A DNA stretch of 64,000 nucleotides, taken from assembly GCA_965206845.1 (NCBI GenBank), contig OZ242221.1:928001-992000 (forward strand). The letters are read 5' to 3'. Positions within the stretch are counted from its first letter, which is position 1; each line of letters opens with the position of its first letter. Position numbers and translations under genes: made by a program. The DNA comes from Cenarchaeum sp. GTDB taxonomy: Archaea; Thermoproteota; Nitrososphaeria; Nitrososphaerales; Nitrosopumilaceae. The notes below the pieces were generated by a model, which saw only the letters and a list, made by a program, of their open reading frames with translations, was not told the DNA's origin and did no database searches. Shown piece by piece: positions 9,878 through 18,955 of the stretch.

Positions 9878-10426
9878 TTAAGAGCTTTCTGAACACCACG
9901 GCTGCCGCTCAAGGCGGTCTATCTCCCGCACCATCGCGTCCATCTTTCTGGAGACGGCCACCACAGCACGAAACTGCTCGTACATCTCCCGCTCCTCCTC
10001 GGGCTGGAGGACGGACTCTGAGGCCGCATCAAAGAACGCATCCTCCTTTGACAGGTGGTCTGCCAGGTATATCGAGTAGGTTCTCAGAAACCGGGCCACG
10101 GGCTCTCTGGAGTCGTGTCCCTGCCCCCATCGGTTCAGGTGTATCGTTATGCTCCTAGCTATCCTTCTGCCGAACTCGTGCTCGATCATGAACTTTCTGA
10201 TCTCCTCCTGCAGGGTGCCGTACCCGGCAACGCAGGCAAAGTACGAGTTCTCCTCCCGCGAGTAGTGTACCGCATCCAAAAACTCTGCGATGACGACGGT
10301 AATTCTGCGTATGTCCTCCAGCGGGACATCCCCGCCTGCATACAGCCTCCTCTGGCAGACATCTACAACCTTTCCCAGCCTGCGAATCTGCCGGTGATCC
10401 TCCCTCAGAGTGTCGGTGGCGCTCAA
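9878..10426 (-). CDS. Hemerythrin / HHE cation-binding domain protein
   Basis: LREDH, HYSREE, EHEFGR, HLSKED motifs; TTG start inferred at 10426. Confidence 0.85.
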   Translation of the reverse strand: MSATDTLREDHRQIRRLGKVVDVCQRRLYAGGDVPLEDIRRITVVIAEFLDAVHYSREENSYFACVAGYGTLQEEIRKFMIEHEFGRRIARSITIHLNRWGQGHDSREPVARFLRTYSIYLADHLSKEDAFFDAASESVLQPEEEREMYEQFRAVVAVSRKMDAMVREIDRLERQPWCSESS

Positions 10427-10476
10427 CAGTGCCCGTTGATCCGGCCGGTTTATTTCATTTTGCCGGGGAGGCGGGC

Positions 10477-10608
10477 CTAGAGGAGCTCTTCCTGCTGGTC
10501 CGAGCACGCCGCATGGACCCACTTGCCGCCGGAGTTCTTTGAGATCTCCTTTCCGCGCCTGATCTCTGCGCCGCACTCGTCACACTTTCCTGCGAATCTG
10601 GCCTTCAA
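10477..10608 (-). CDS. 43-aa putative Zn-binding protein (absent from ORF track)
   Basis: Manual translation from TTG: MKARFAGKCDECGAEIRRGKEISKNSGGKWVHAACSDQQEELL*; CxxC...HxxC. Confidence 0.7.
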   Translation of the reverse strand: MKARFAGKCDECGAEIRRGKEISKNSGGKWVHAACSDQQEELL

Positions 10609-10734
10609 GTCATCTTTGTCCAGCTTTCGGCACATTTAACTTGATCCGTGCGCCGATCGGGAATTATATTCTTGAGTGGACTTTCAAGACTTTTTCTGGC
10701 GCTCCGGCGATCCCTCCCACGCTTGGCTCTTGCG

Positions 10735-10882
10735 TGCCCCCAAGCCGGTTGAATGTGCTGTCATACGAGGCGCAGACATGGGAATAGTCCACAACGCAAC
10801 GACGGTGGACCTCGGCACCGGATACGCGGGGTTCCATGACATGCCCAAGGACTGCCAGAGGGCAAAGAACGACGGGATATCC
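10735..10882 (+). pseudogene. tnpB: tnpB fragment (RuvC-I region)
   Basis: APKPVECAVIRGADMGIVHNATTVDLGTGYAGFHDMPKDCQRAKNDGIS aligns to APEPSESAVIRGIDMGIVHGVATVDLGTGSHKFHDLPNDCRRAKDDDIS of the intact TnpB. Confidence 0.85.
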
Positions 10883-11344
10883 CCGATTCTACTGGCAATT
10901 CTTGCAACACATTGAATCGAGTCGGTTACCGGCATCTTCAGTTCCAGAGACTTGATTCGTAATTAGCGCCCGGGCATAAAATAGCGCAATCTTCGGCATA
11001 ATCACGCAAAATTTGTTTATTTCGAAACACATCTCTGTAAGTGTTGGACGAAAAAGGCTCGATCTTTAATTACGGATCAAGTCCCAGCTCCTTTACCAGC
11101 AGCCTGTAACACCTGGCGATATCCTTGCGCTTGATGTTGGCTGCCTGCTCCACGTCCTTGAGGTTTCTTGGCGTAGCCGTGTCCCTGCATGCGACGTACA
11201 GCGCCGAGGCCATGAGTGCGGAGCTGGATCTTCCCCTGACCAGGCCCTTCTCCAACGCCTTTCTGTATATGTATGCCGCCTTTTCTATCACCGCATCAGA
11301 TATTGCCAGCTTGTCCTTGAGCCTGTTCAGCTCCGAGAACGCCT
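10883..11344 (-). pseudogene. tfb: Duplicated tfb fragment in two pieces (10883-10947 and 11084-11344)
   Basis: Copies of 11596-11660 and 11657-11917; 6 mismatches counted by eye in 261 bp for the larger piece. Confidence 0.92.
10948..11084. mobile_element. Nested AT-rich MITE interrupting the tfb copy
   Basis: TIRs gacttgattcgtaatta (10949-10965) / taattacggatcaagtc (11067-11083), 16/17; (c)cag duplicated on both sides. Confidence 0.75.
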
Positions 11345-11366
11345 CACTCAAGAATATAATTCCCCA

Positions 11367-12278
11367 CTAGACGTCCAGCGATTCCTTGAGGCCCTTGTAG
11401 CGGTTCCGTATTGTTACCTCGGTAACGTTGGCCGCCTCGGCAATGTCCCGCTGCGTCTTGTCCTCACCGTTCTTTACGCAGGACAGGTACAGCGCTGCGG
11501 CGGCAAGTCCCATGGGGTCCTTGCCCGCAGAGACCTCGTGCTTCTGGGCCTCCTTGAGCACCTTGATTGCGTACCGCTTTGTCTTTTCGACTATGCCGAT
11601 TCTACTGGCAATTCTTGCAACACATTGGATCGAGTCGGTTACCGGCATCTTCAGATCCAGCTCCTTTACCAGCAGCCTGTAACACCTAGCGATATCCTTG
11701 CGCTTGATGTTGGCTGCCTGCTCCACGTCCTTGAGGTTTCTCGGCGTGGACGTGTCCCTGCATGCGGCGTACAGCGCCGAGGCCATGAGTGCGGAGATGG
11801 ATCTTCCCCTGACCAGGCCCTTCTCCAACGCCTTTCTGTATATGTATGCCGCCTTTTCTATCACCGCATCAGATATTGCCAGCTTGTCCTTGAGCCTGTT
11901 CAGCTCCGAGAACGCCTGCCGGAAGTTACGGTCTACCGGCTCATGTACCTGGCTCCTGCTGTCCCACGTTCTCAGCCTCTCTATGGTGGACTTCATCGAC
12001 GTCGTGAGGGGCCTGCCCGACGCGTCCTTGTTTATCGGGTTTATTATGGTGGCAAGTCCCATGTCGTGCATCGTAAGCGAGGTGGGGGCTCCAGCCCTGG
12101 CACGGTCCCCGCGCTCATCCTGGGTAAACGAGCGCCACTCAGGACCATACTCTTGGAGCTTCTCAGACAGAACGAAACCGCAGTTGGAGCAGAACGTCTC
12201 CCCTGACTCAGTGTCTGTTACCATCTTTCCCTTGGCGCACCTTGGGCACTGCTCCTTGGGATTCTGTTGCTTTACCAT
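11367..12278 (-). CDS. tfb: Transcription initiation factor IIB
   Basis: Zn ribbon CPRC...CSNCG, GPEWRSF B-reader, two cyclin repeats, VTEVTIRNRYK. Confidence 0.97.
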   Translation of the reverse strand: MVKQQNPKEQCPRCAKGKMVTDTESGETFCSNCGFVLSEKLQEYGPEWRSFTQDERGDRARAGAPTSLTMHDMGLATIINPINKDASGRPLTTSMKSTIERLRTWDSRSQVHEPVDRNFRQAFSELNRLKDKLAISDAVIEKAAYIYRKALEKGLVRGRSISALMASALYAACRDTSTPRNLKDVEQAANIKRKDIARCYRLLVKELDLKMPVTDSIQCVARIASRIGIVEKTKRYAIKVLKEAQKHEVSAGKDPMGLAAAALYLSCVKNGEDKTQRDIAEAANVTEVTIRNRYKGLKESLDV

Positions 12279-12456
12279 ATCACCACGATTTTAGGATACT
12301 TGTAATGAGCTTATTTATGAATCAACAACTTTTTGGTTCGAACTGTGCGATTTTGTCAGCCTCGTTCTTGTCCGCCCTGAAAAAGGCGGATCCCACGACT
12401 CCGGCACAATTCCCAAAGGTAGAAAAACCAAGCCTACCAATACCTACTGATCCAGA

Positions 12457-13371
12457 TTGAGAGGCGCGATGATACTGACGGCATTTGCCCTTTCTGCCTG
12501 CTTCTGCGCGGCGTACGGCGAGACGGTAAGGCAGACCATGGAAGGCGGCATGGATGTGGAGATTACCCATGCCGACAGCGTGGTCGCCGGCAGAACATTT
12601 CCCATCACCGTCCTGATCCAGAACAACGGATGGGAGGACAAACAGAATGTCAGCCTGACGTTTGATGCTGGCAGTGCCTTCACACCGGTGCTGGATGACT
12701 CGATTCTGGTACCAATAATGCACCAAGGCGGCTCCTACGGCCGTACGCTAGAGTTTGCGGCTCGCCCCGACGCGTCACCGGGCATACACTTTATCAACGT
12801 GGACTACTCCCAGGTTCTTCTTGCCGGCAACAACGATCCGCAGGAGCCCACCAAAACGAGCATCGCCATACCGATAACGGTGCAGGAGAGGGCCAGGGTG
12901 AGCATACACACCACCATTCCCGAGTCGATCTTCACGGGAGCGGAGTTTCCGGTCACCGTGGAGATCATCTCAGATGACGCGGACATATCTGATGTGGAGC
13001 TGCAGATTCTCCCGCCACAGGACATCCAGTTTCGTGGAGAGACCCTGCACACCTTCTCGTCCATCCAGAAGGGCAGCTCCGTCAGCGTCACCTCCAGAAT
13101 CACAACCCCCGACCAAGAGATAGCAGAGGAGTACCGGGTGCCGTTTCAGATCCATCTGACATACAGCGACGACGCAGGGGATCTGGTTACGGACTCCGAG
13201 ACGGTCTCCACAACGCTGCGGCCTAGGACGTTCATGGAGCTTACTACGGACGGCGGAATATGGGTGGGCAGCTTCTTCATCGCTCCCTATGTCAGCTTGG
13301 GAACACTAATCGGGATCCCCGCAGGGGCGATCTTGACGCTGATAGTCCGAAGAAGGACCGGAAGAAGATGA
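12457..13371 (+). CDS. Secreted, membrane-anchored Ig-like (COG1361/S-layer-like) protein
   Basis: Signal peptide, beta-rich repeats, C-terminal TM segment and basic tail. Confidence 0.7.
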   Translation: MRGAMILTAFALSACFCAAYGETVRQTMEGGMDVEITHADSVVAGRTFPITVLIQNNGWEDKQNVSLTFDAGSAFTPVLDDSILVPIMHQGGSYGRTLEFAARPDASPGIHFINVDYSQVLLAGNNDPQEPTKTSIAIPITVQERARVSIHTTIPESIFTGAEFPVTVEIISDDADISDVELQILPPQDIQFRGETLHTFSSIQKGSSVSVTSRITTPDQEIAEEYRVPFQIHLTYSDDAGDLVTDSETVSTTLRPRTFMELTTDGGIWVGSFFIAPYVSLGTLIGIPAGAILTLIVRRRTGRR

Positions 13372-14906
13372 GGACTCTGTGGCCGGTTCTGGTGTGCGCC
13401 GTCTTGGCCGTCTCGTTCTCTGCTGCCTACGGGCACGGGGTAGGCTCTGAGGTTCTGGATCCCGTCCAGCTGGGTGACAGGGAGGTTGCACTGGAGATCA
13501 GCTCATCGAGATACGATCCTGACAACCCCGAAAAGGAGATCACCTTCTCCCTTGCCGATGTGGATACCGGCGTTACCGTGCGGGACGTGACCTTTGAGAT
13601 TACGGGGTACAAGGGGGATACCTTCCTGTTTAACGGAACGTTTCGGGCGCCCGACGGGATCTTTGTCTTTGCCCTGCGGCCAGGCGACTCTGAAGAGGTG
13701 ACCCTGGAGAAGGCCGACCGTTCCGGCCTCTTCGGTTCCCTGCTGGGACTAAAGGAGGAGATCATATACGCAGACAGCAAGCTCTTCGGCACCGGCGGGC
13801 TGTACAAGTTTGATGTCAGGATTACCACCGCAGAGTCGTTCTCGAATCAACTGGATCCGCCGATCGAGTACAAGGTCGGCCTCTCTATACCGCAGAAGAC
13901 CTTCTATGAGATCGACGATCCAAACTTTGGCACTACAGAGGTGAGCATCATCACATACTATGACGAGGTTACCGGCTTTCGGTATGACCCGAGCGTCAAC
14001 GGGGTGTCATTTCACATGCCCTTTGACTGGAGCGCAGGGAACATCAACGAGACGGTGGCGGTTCACGAGGAGTTTGCGTTTCCAAAGACCTTTGGCGATC
14101 TCCTGTTTGCCGAGTATTCCGCAAGCGTCAACGGCCTGTCCGTGCCGGGGCGGGTGATTACCGTGGACAGCTTCATGGAGAACCAGACAGTAGTACATGT
14201 AGTGCTGGGCCAGAACGACCTGTTTGATCTGAGCGAGAGGCAGGCAGACGATATAGAGGGTATGGATCTTGTTTTGAGGGCAAAAGAGGGCAGCCCCCGG
14301 GGCACCATAACTGCCAACGGCCAGTTCCAGGTTACCCTTGACTGGGAACCCAAAGACATCCGCTCTGGCCAGGAGACGGTGTTCCACTTCCGCATCAGCG
14401 ATGTGTTCCTGCGGAACACGCCGGTGGCAGTAGATTATGACGTGTCGTTAGTCAGAGACGACATCGTCATCTACTCGGGTACCGGAACAAGTACGGACTC
14501 GCAAGAGCAGCGCAACGAGTTTGTCGTATCCATCCCGGAGAACTCGTCTGGTCCCGTAACGGTGCGCTTTGAGAACTTGGCAGACAACCGCTTTGCCCGA
14601 ACCGCAATACCGATAATAGTTGACAGGGTACAGCCGGAAGTGGCGATTCCCGGGTGGGTAAAGGCCTCCGCCGGGTGGTGGGCTCAGGGTGTGATAGACG
14701 ACCAGACATTTGTTGCCGGCATCGAGTATCTGGTCAGGCAGGAGGTTATACAGGTGTCTGGCATCCAAGAAGCCGGCGACAGTTCGGCGGCAATCCCCGG
14801 GTGGGTAAAGGCCTCCGCCGGGTGGTGGGCTCAGGGTGTGATAGACGACCAGACCTTTGCAAACGGAATAAAGTTCCTGATCGAGGCCGGCATAATATCT
14901 ACCTGA
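13368..14906 (+). CDS. Secreted protein with two C-terminal IPxWVKxxAGWW repeats (thaumarchaeal surface-anchor type)
   Basis: Signal peptide MRTLWPVLV...AYG; duplicated IPGWVKASAGWWAQGVIDDQTF. Confidence 0.8.
   Translation: MRTLWPVLVCAVLAVSFSAAYGHGVGSEVLDPVQLGDREVALEISSSRYDPDNPEKEITFSLADVDTGVTVRDVTFEITGYKGDTFLFNGTFRAPDGIFVFALRPGDSEEVTLEKADRSGLFGSLLGLKEEIIYADSKLFGTGGLYKFDVRITTAESFSNQLDPPIEYKVGLSIPQKTFYEIDDPNFGTTEVSIITYYDEVTGFRYDPSVNGVSFHMPFDWSAGNINETVAVHEEFAFPKTFGDLLFAEYSASVNGLSVPGRVITVDSFMENQTVVHVVLGQNDLFDLSERQADDIEGMDLVLRAKEGSPRGTITANGQFQVTLDWEPKDIRSGQETVFHFRISDVFLRNTPVAVDYDVSLVRDDIVIYSGTGTSTDSQEQRNEFVVSIPENSSGPVTVRFENLADNRFARTAIPIIVDRVQPEVAIPGWVKASAGWWAQGVIDDQTFVAGIEYLVRQEVIQVSGIQEAGDSSAAIPGWVKASAGWWAQGVIDDQTFANGIKFLIEAGIIST
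14649..14854 (+). repeat. 59-bp exact direct repeat within CDS (14649-14707 = 14796-14854)
   Basis: cccgggtgggtaaaggcctccgccgggtggtgggctcagggtgtgatagacgaccagac occurs twice, 147 bp apart. Confidence 0.9.
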
Positions 14907-14907
14907 G

Positions 14908-15576
14908 CTATCTTCTTGTTATGGCTATGGCGGCGACGGCTATTCCGATGCCGCCTAGGGCGATTGCCACGTACGTGAGGCTGACACCCTGGCCTGACCT
15001 GGCCGCGTCCTGCACCACATCAAGTTCTTCGCTGATCTCCAAGGTCTGGTTCCTGAGGGCGGCGATCTCCGCCATGATGGCAACCTGCGCCTCAAGGATA
15101 TCTTGGTTCTCTCTCTCTGGAAACTCGATGTACCCCCGCTCGTCCACCTTGGGCGGGTGCATCGACAGGCTGACCACGGTGTCTGAGATCTTGCCCAGCA
15201 CGTTGACTTGGTAAAAGCCTGCCACCGTGGGATCCACAAAGGCATAGTACTTGCCGTCTATATTGTGGTCTGCCCTGAGCGGCAGGGTAATCCTGTCGGT
15301 CTTGTAGACCATCTGGATCTTGAGATCCTTTTCAAGGCCCGCAATTCCGTCATGAAAGCTCTGGGCTCCCGCACATGTGATGGGCTCGACGCCGGGGCAC
15401 TGGACCAGAGGGCTGATGAACAGCTCTATGCCGTTGGTCTCCCCGCTCACCACAGGCTCGTTCATCCAGCCGATCCCAATCCTGTACTTGTCGTCGATGG
15501 CATCAACCGTGTGGGCATGCGCCCCGGACAGCGGGGCAAGCGCCAACGCAAACACCACAAGCATCCAGATGCGCAT
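14908..15576 (-). CDS. Secreted, C-terminally anchored hypothetical protein
   Basis: Signal peptide followed by AHAH, coiled-coil linker, C-terminal TM segment. Confidence 0.75.
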   Translation of the reverse strand: MRIWMLVVFALALAPLSGAHAHTVDAIDDKYRIGIGWMNEPVVSGETNGIELFISPLVQCPGVEPITCAGAQSFHDGIAGLEKDLKIQMVYKTDRITLPLRADHNIDGKYYAFVDPTVAGFYQVNVLGKISDTVVSLSMHPPKVDERGYIEFPERENQDILEAQVAIMAEIAALRNQTLEISEELDVVQDAARSGQGVSLTYVAIALGGIGIAVAAIAITRR

Positions 15577-15649
15577 ACAGCGTGCTTGAACCCCCTTGAT
15601 ATAAAAAATTAGAGTGGTTTTTTTTGCGTTATTTCATTGGGTGTCCCAC

Positions 15650-17095
15650 TCAGCTGTCGGCATACATCGAAACCTCCCACGGTGTGGGGGTCTGGGCAAA
15701 CGCGGTGTATTCGTCGTACTTGAGCTCCATGTACCTGTCCAAGAAGTCCTTGGTAAACGTGGATACCAAAAACCCGTTGTCGCTTGAGAGCGAGTCCAGC
15801 GCCCCCTTGAGCGACAGCGGCAGGGCACCTATGCCGTATTCCCGCCTCTTGCCTGCAGAGAGCTTGTAGACGTTCTCATCCACCGGATCGCCGGGATCCA
15901 GCTTCCGTGTTATCCCGTCCAAGCCCGCCAGCAGAAGCGCCGCCTCCAGCAGGTAGATGTTCGCGGTGGGATCCGGCACCCTGTACTCTATCCTCTTGCT
16001 CCGCTCCTGGTTCCTGTTGTACATGGGAACCCGGATTGCGACGGATCTGTTGCCTATCCCCCAGCACAGGTGCACCGGGGCTTCAAACCCAGGCACCAGC
16101 CTCTTGTAGGAGTTGGTGGTGGGGTTTGAGATCGCACACAGCGCCCTTGCGTGATCCAGAATTCCGCCAATGTAGTAGCGCCCCGTCTGGCTGAGCTGCG
16201 CCACCGGATCATCGGGGTCAAACATGACGTTGATGTTGTCGTTCCAGAGGCTCTGGTGCGTGTGCATGGCAGAGGCGTTGTCCCCGAAGATCGGTTTTGG
16301 CATGAACGTTGCGACCGTATTTCTTCGCTTTGCCTTTACCTTGACGACGTTCTTTACCGTGATTATGCTGTCTGCCATGGCCTTCATCTCACCGTATGCC
16401 AGATTGATCTCGCACTGGCCCGATGTCGCAACCTCGTGGTGCTCCGCCTCGATCCTGATCCCGAAGTACTTGTAGAGATCGTCACAGACGTCCTTCCGGA
16501 ACGTCTCCAGTGTGTCCTTTGGCTGCGACGGGTAGTATCCCTCCTTGATGGCTATGGCGGTGCTTATGTTTCCCTTGGCCCAGGGCGACTCCTTTGACTC
16601 GATCGAGTAACCCGAGCCGCCGTAGGAGTGGGTGGCGGCAAAGGGCGACGGGTACACGTTGATCGCATCAAACACAAAGAACTCGAGCTCCGGCCCCCAA
16701 TTGGTGTGTGTTATTCCCTTCTGGGAGAACGCCTCGGCCGCCTTGTGGGCTATGCCCCGGGAGTCCCTGTTGTAGCGCGACGTCGACGATGTGTTGCTCT
16801 CGTACAGATCACAGATCATGCGCGCGTTCTTTCTCTGGCCGTTGTCGTAATCCGGAGGCAGGATCTGAAAAGTGCCCGGATCCGGCTTTAGTATCATGTC
16901 TGAGTGGTTGATCTGCTTGAACCCCACTATGGAGCTGGCATCCAGCTTCTCAAGGCCGTGCCGGAAGCTCTCCTCGTCTATTGCATACGACGGCATCCCT
17001 ACGCGGTGCAGCTCGCCGAAGATGTCCACAAACCAAAAGTCAAAAAACGTGATGTTCTGTTTCTCGGCAGCATCCAAAACACCCTTGGCGTCCAC
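15650..17095 (-). CDS. glnA: Glutamine synthetase type I (copy 2)
   Basis: GPELEFF, HHEVATSGQCEI, ATFMPKP, NSYKRLVPGFEAP, RIEYRVPDPTAN. Confidence 0.93.
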   Translation of the reverse strand: MDAKGVLDAAEKQNITFFDFWFVDIFGELHRVGMPSYAIDEESFRHGLEKLDASSIVGFKQINHSDMILKPDPGTFQILPPDYDNGQRKNARMICDLYESNTSSTSRYNRDSRGIAHKAAEAFSQKGITHTNWGPELEFFVFDAINVYPSPFAATHSYGGSGYSIESKESPWAKGNISTAIAIKEGYYPSQPKDTLETFRKDVCDDLYKYFGIRIEAEHHEVATSGQCEINLAYGEMKAMADSIITVKNVVKVKAKRRNTVATFMPKPIFGDNASAMHTHQSLWNDNINVMFDPDDPVAQLSQTGRYYIGGILDHARALCAISNPTTNSYKRLVPGFEAPVHLCWGIGNRSVAIRVPMYNRNQERSKRIEYRVPDPTANIYLLEAALLLAGLDGITRKLDPGDPVDENVYKLSAGKRREYGIGALPLSLKGALDSLSSDNGFLVSTFTKDFLDRYMELKYDEYTAFAQTPTPWEVSMYADS

Positions 17096-17205
17096 TAGTG
17101 CAACACCCCCGTACGGCAGCTACCGGATCCCGCGTTCACGTGGTTGAATTGCCGCATCATACCCTGCACACGAATGATTCCTACCCGTCCCAAACCACTA
17201 CGGAG

Positions 17206-18567
17206 CTAGCTCTTCTCCAAGGTTCTTGCACCCGAGTATCTTGTCTTCAGCTCGTCCTCAAAGAAGAACTTGTCCTCAAACGCTGGCTTGAGGTCGTCCA
17301 GCCAGATCGCGCCCTCGTCATACTCTGCATAAAACGGCCTTTGTACCCAGTCCGGGTTACGTCCCTGCAGGAACCGCAGGGCTATCACGCGCTTGCCTGC
17401 GACCACCGGCGTGCCCTCCACCTGTACCTTTCCCGGGGTGGCAGACATGCTGGGGCCTCTGACCGTCCTTCCCAACCCGCTTACCTGCTTGTATGCGTCC
17501 CTGAAGATCTGGTGTGCCCTTGTCAGCGATATGCCAAAGTAGTGCTGGGCGCCGGTGTCCCTTACCACAAACATGTAGTAGGGTATGCATCCCAGCTGAA
17601 CCTGGTCCCTCCACATCTTTGCCCAGACGCCGGCATCGTCATTGATGTGGGACAGCAGGGGCGACTGGGTTCTGATCTCGGTTCCGGTCGCCCGGACCAC
17701 CCTTATTGCGTCCTTGACGGCGGGAGTGGACAGCTCGACGTGGTGGTTAAAGTGTGCCATGAGCGCCAGGTGTAGCCCCCTGCCGGTGACCCTCTCAAAG
17801 AGCCCCAGCGTCTCCTTTGCGTCATTGTCTGTAATGAACTTGTAGGGCCAGTATGCCAGAGCCTTTGTCCCTATTCTGATCGTCTTGAGGTTTGGAAGGT
17901 TGGCGTCAAGCAGCGCGTCTATGTATGTCTCAAAGATGCGGGCCTTCATTATCATGGGGTCGCCCCCGGTAAACAGGACATCGGAGATCTCTGGATGCTC
18001 TGAGATGTACTGAACCATCTGGTCTGATTCCCTCATGGCAAATTTCATCTCATCCATTCCCACAAACTGCGGCCACCTAAAGCAGAAGCTGCAGTATGCG
18101 TGGCATGTCTGGCTCTGGCTGGGAAAGAACAGGCAGGTCTCCTTGTACTTGTGCTGCATTCCATAAAGCTGGGTGCCGTCCTTTAGGACCGGCACGTTGA
18201 GCTCCAGCTGACCTGCGGGGTGGGGATTTAGCTGCAGGCGTATCTCGTTTGCAACGGCCGCCACGGTCTTCTTGTCCGCCCCGTCCCTGAGCGTCTGGGC
18301 CATCCTTTCAAAGTGGCGCTCCTTGAGCATGTTTCTCTGCGGAAACGTCAGGACAAATATCGGGTCATTGGGTACGTCGTTCCAGTCTATCAGCTGCTCT
18401 ACCACGTAGTTGTTTGCCTTGAAGGGAAGGACGTTTCCGACCACCTCCATCTCAAAGCGCTGCTCCTCTGTGAGCTTTTGGATCTGGGGCAGGCCGCGGA
18501 AGTTGCCTAGGGTGTACGATTTTATCGAGGGGGGCTTGCCGGTGTCCCATACCGTTTCCTGTAACAT
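17206..18567 (-). CDS. KamA-family radical SAM amino-acid 2,3-aminomutase
   Basis: HKY...CHAYCSFCFR (CxxxCxxC), VLFTGGDP, IRIGTK, HFNH, PYYMF. Confidence 0.9.
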   Translation of the reverse strand: MLQETVWDTGKPPSIKSYTLGNFRGLPQIQKLTEEQRFEMEVVGNVLPFKANNYVVEQLIDWNDVPNDPIFVLTFPQRNMLKERHFERMAQTLRDGADKKTVAAVANEIRLQLNPHPAGQLELNVPVLKDGTQLYGMQHKYKETCLFFPSQSQTCHAYCSFCFRWPQFVGMDEMKFAMRESDQMVQYISEHPEISDVLFTGGDPMIMKARIFETYIDALLDANLPNLKTIRIGTKALAYWPYKFITDNDAKETLGLFERVTGRGLHLALMAHFNHHVELSTPAVKDAIRVVRATGTEIRTQSPLLSHINDDAGVWAKMWRDQVQLGCIPYYMFVVRDTGAQHYFGISLTRAHQIFRDAYKQVSGLGRTVRGPSMSATPGKVQVEGTPVVAGKRVIALRFLQGRNPDWVQRPFYAEYDEGAIWLDDLKPAFEDKFFFEDELKTRYSGARTLEKS

Positions 18568-18626
18568 GTCATTATGTTGTAAAGTATCAGTTGTTAAATG
18601 TTAAGATCGGCGGGCGGCGGAGAACT

Positions 18627-18722
18627 GGGCCTGTCTGGACGCTTCTGTCCGTTTCGTGAAGATCTGGATGTAAATAATGACAGATGCGACAATGTGGTAT
18701 CTTGGTGCGCATGCGGCCTGGC
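18627..18722 (-). repeat. MITE family A, degenerate core copy
   Basis: Reverse complement cacattgtcgcatctgtcattattt...cacgaaacggacaga matches the core of 40667-40760. Confidence 0.55.
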
Positions 18723-18955
18723 CGTACACTGCAGACGGTGCCAGACTGCTGGCCGCGCCAGACATGGGAACCATGGCAGGCGCGCATGCCCGTGCCCAAA
18801 TGGAAGCTTTTGGCTGCACGCGCCGCGCATATGGGACATTGCCCGTCTTCTGCGCGGGCGTGGCATGCGAAGGATATTGCAGGACGCGCAAGGCTCTGCG
18901 GAGTTGTAGCCACACAGTTGATATTTTAGTGTGGCGGCACACAGGTGATAACATC

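Larger units (their letters stand above)
10659..11364. mobile_element. Non-autonomous TIR element related to the TnpB element, carrying tnpB and tfb fragments
   Basis: Perfect 20-bp inverted repeats gggaattatattcttgagtg (10659-10678) / cactcaagaatataattccc (11345-11364); 10692-10737 matches 44420-44466. Confidence 0.8.

Noticed and set aside
18677-18955. Long N-terminal extensions in ORF-track calls (mscS, rqcH, thermosome, GT2, tnpB)
   Set aside because: The extensions run through intergenic or MITE DNA; downstream starts fit the protein families better.
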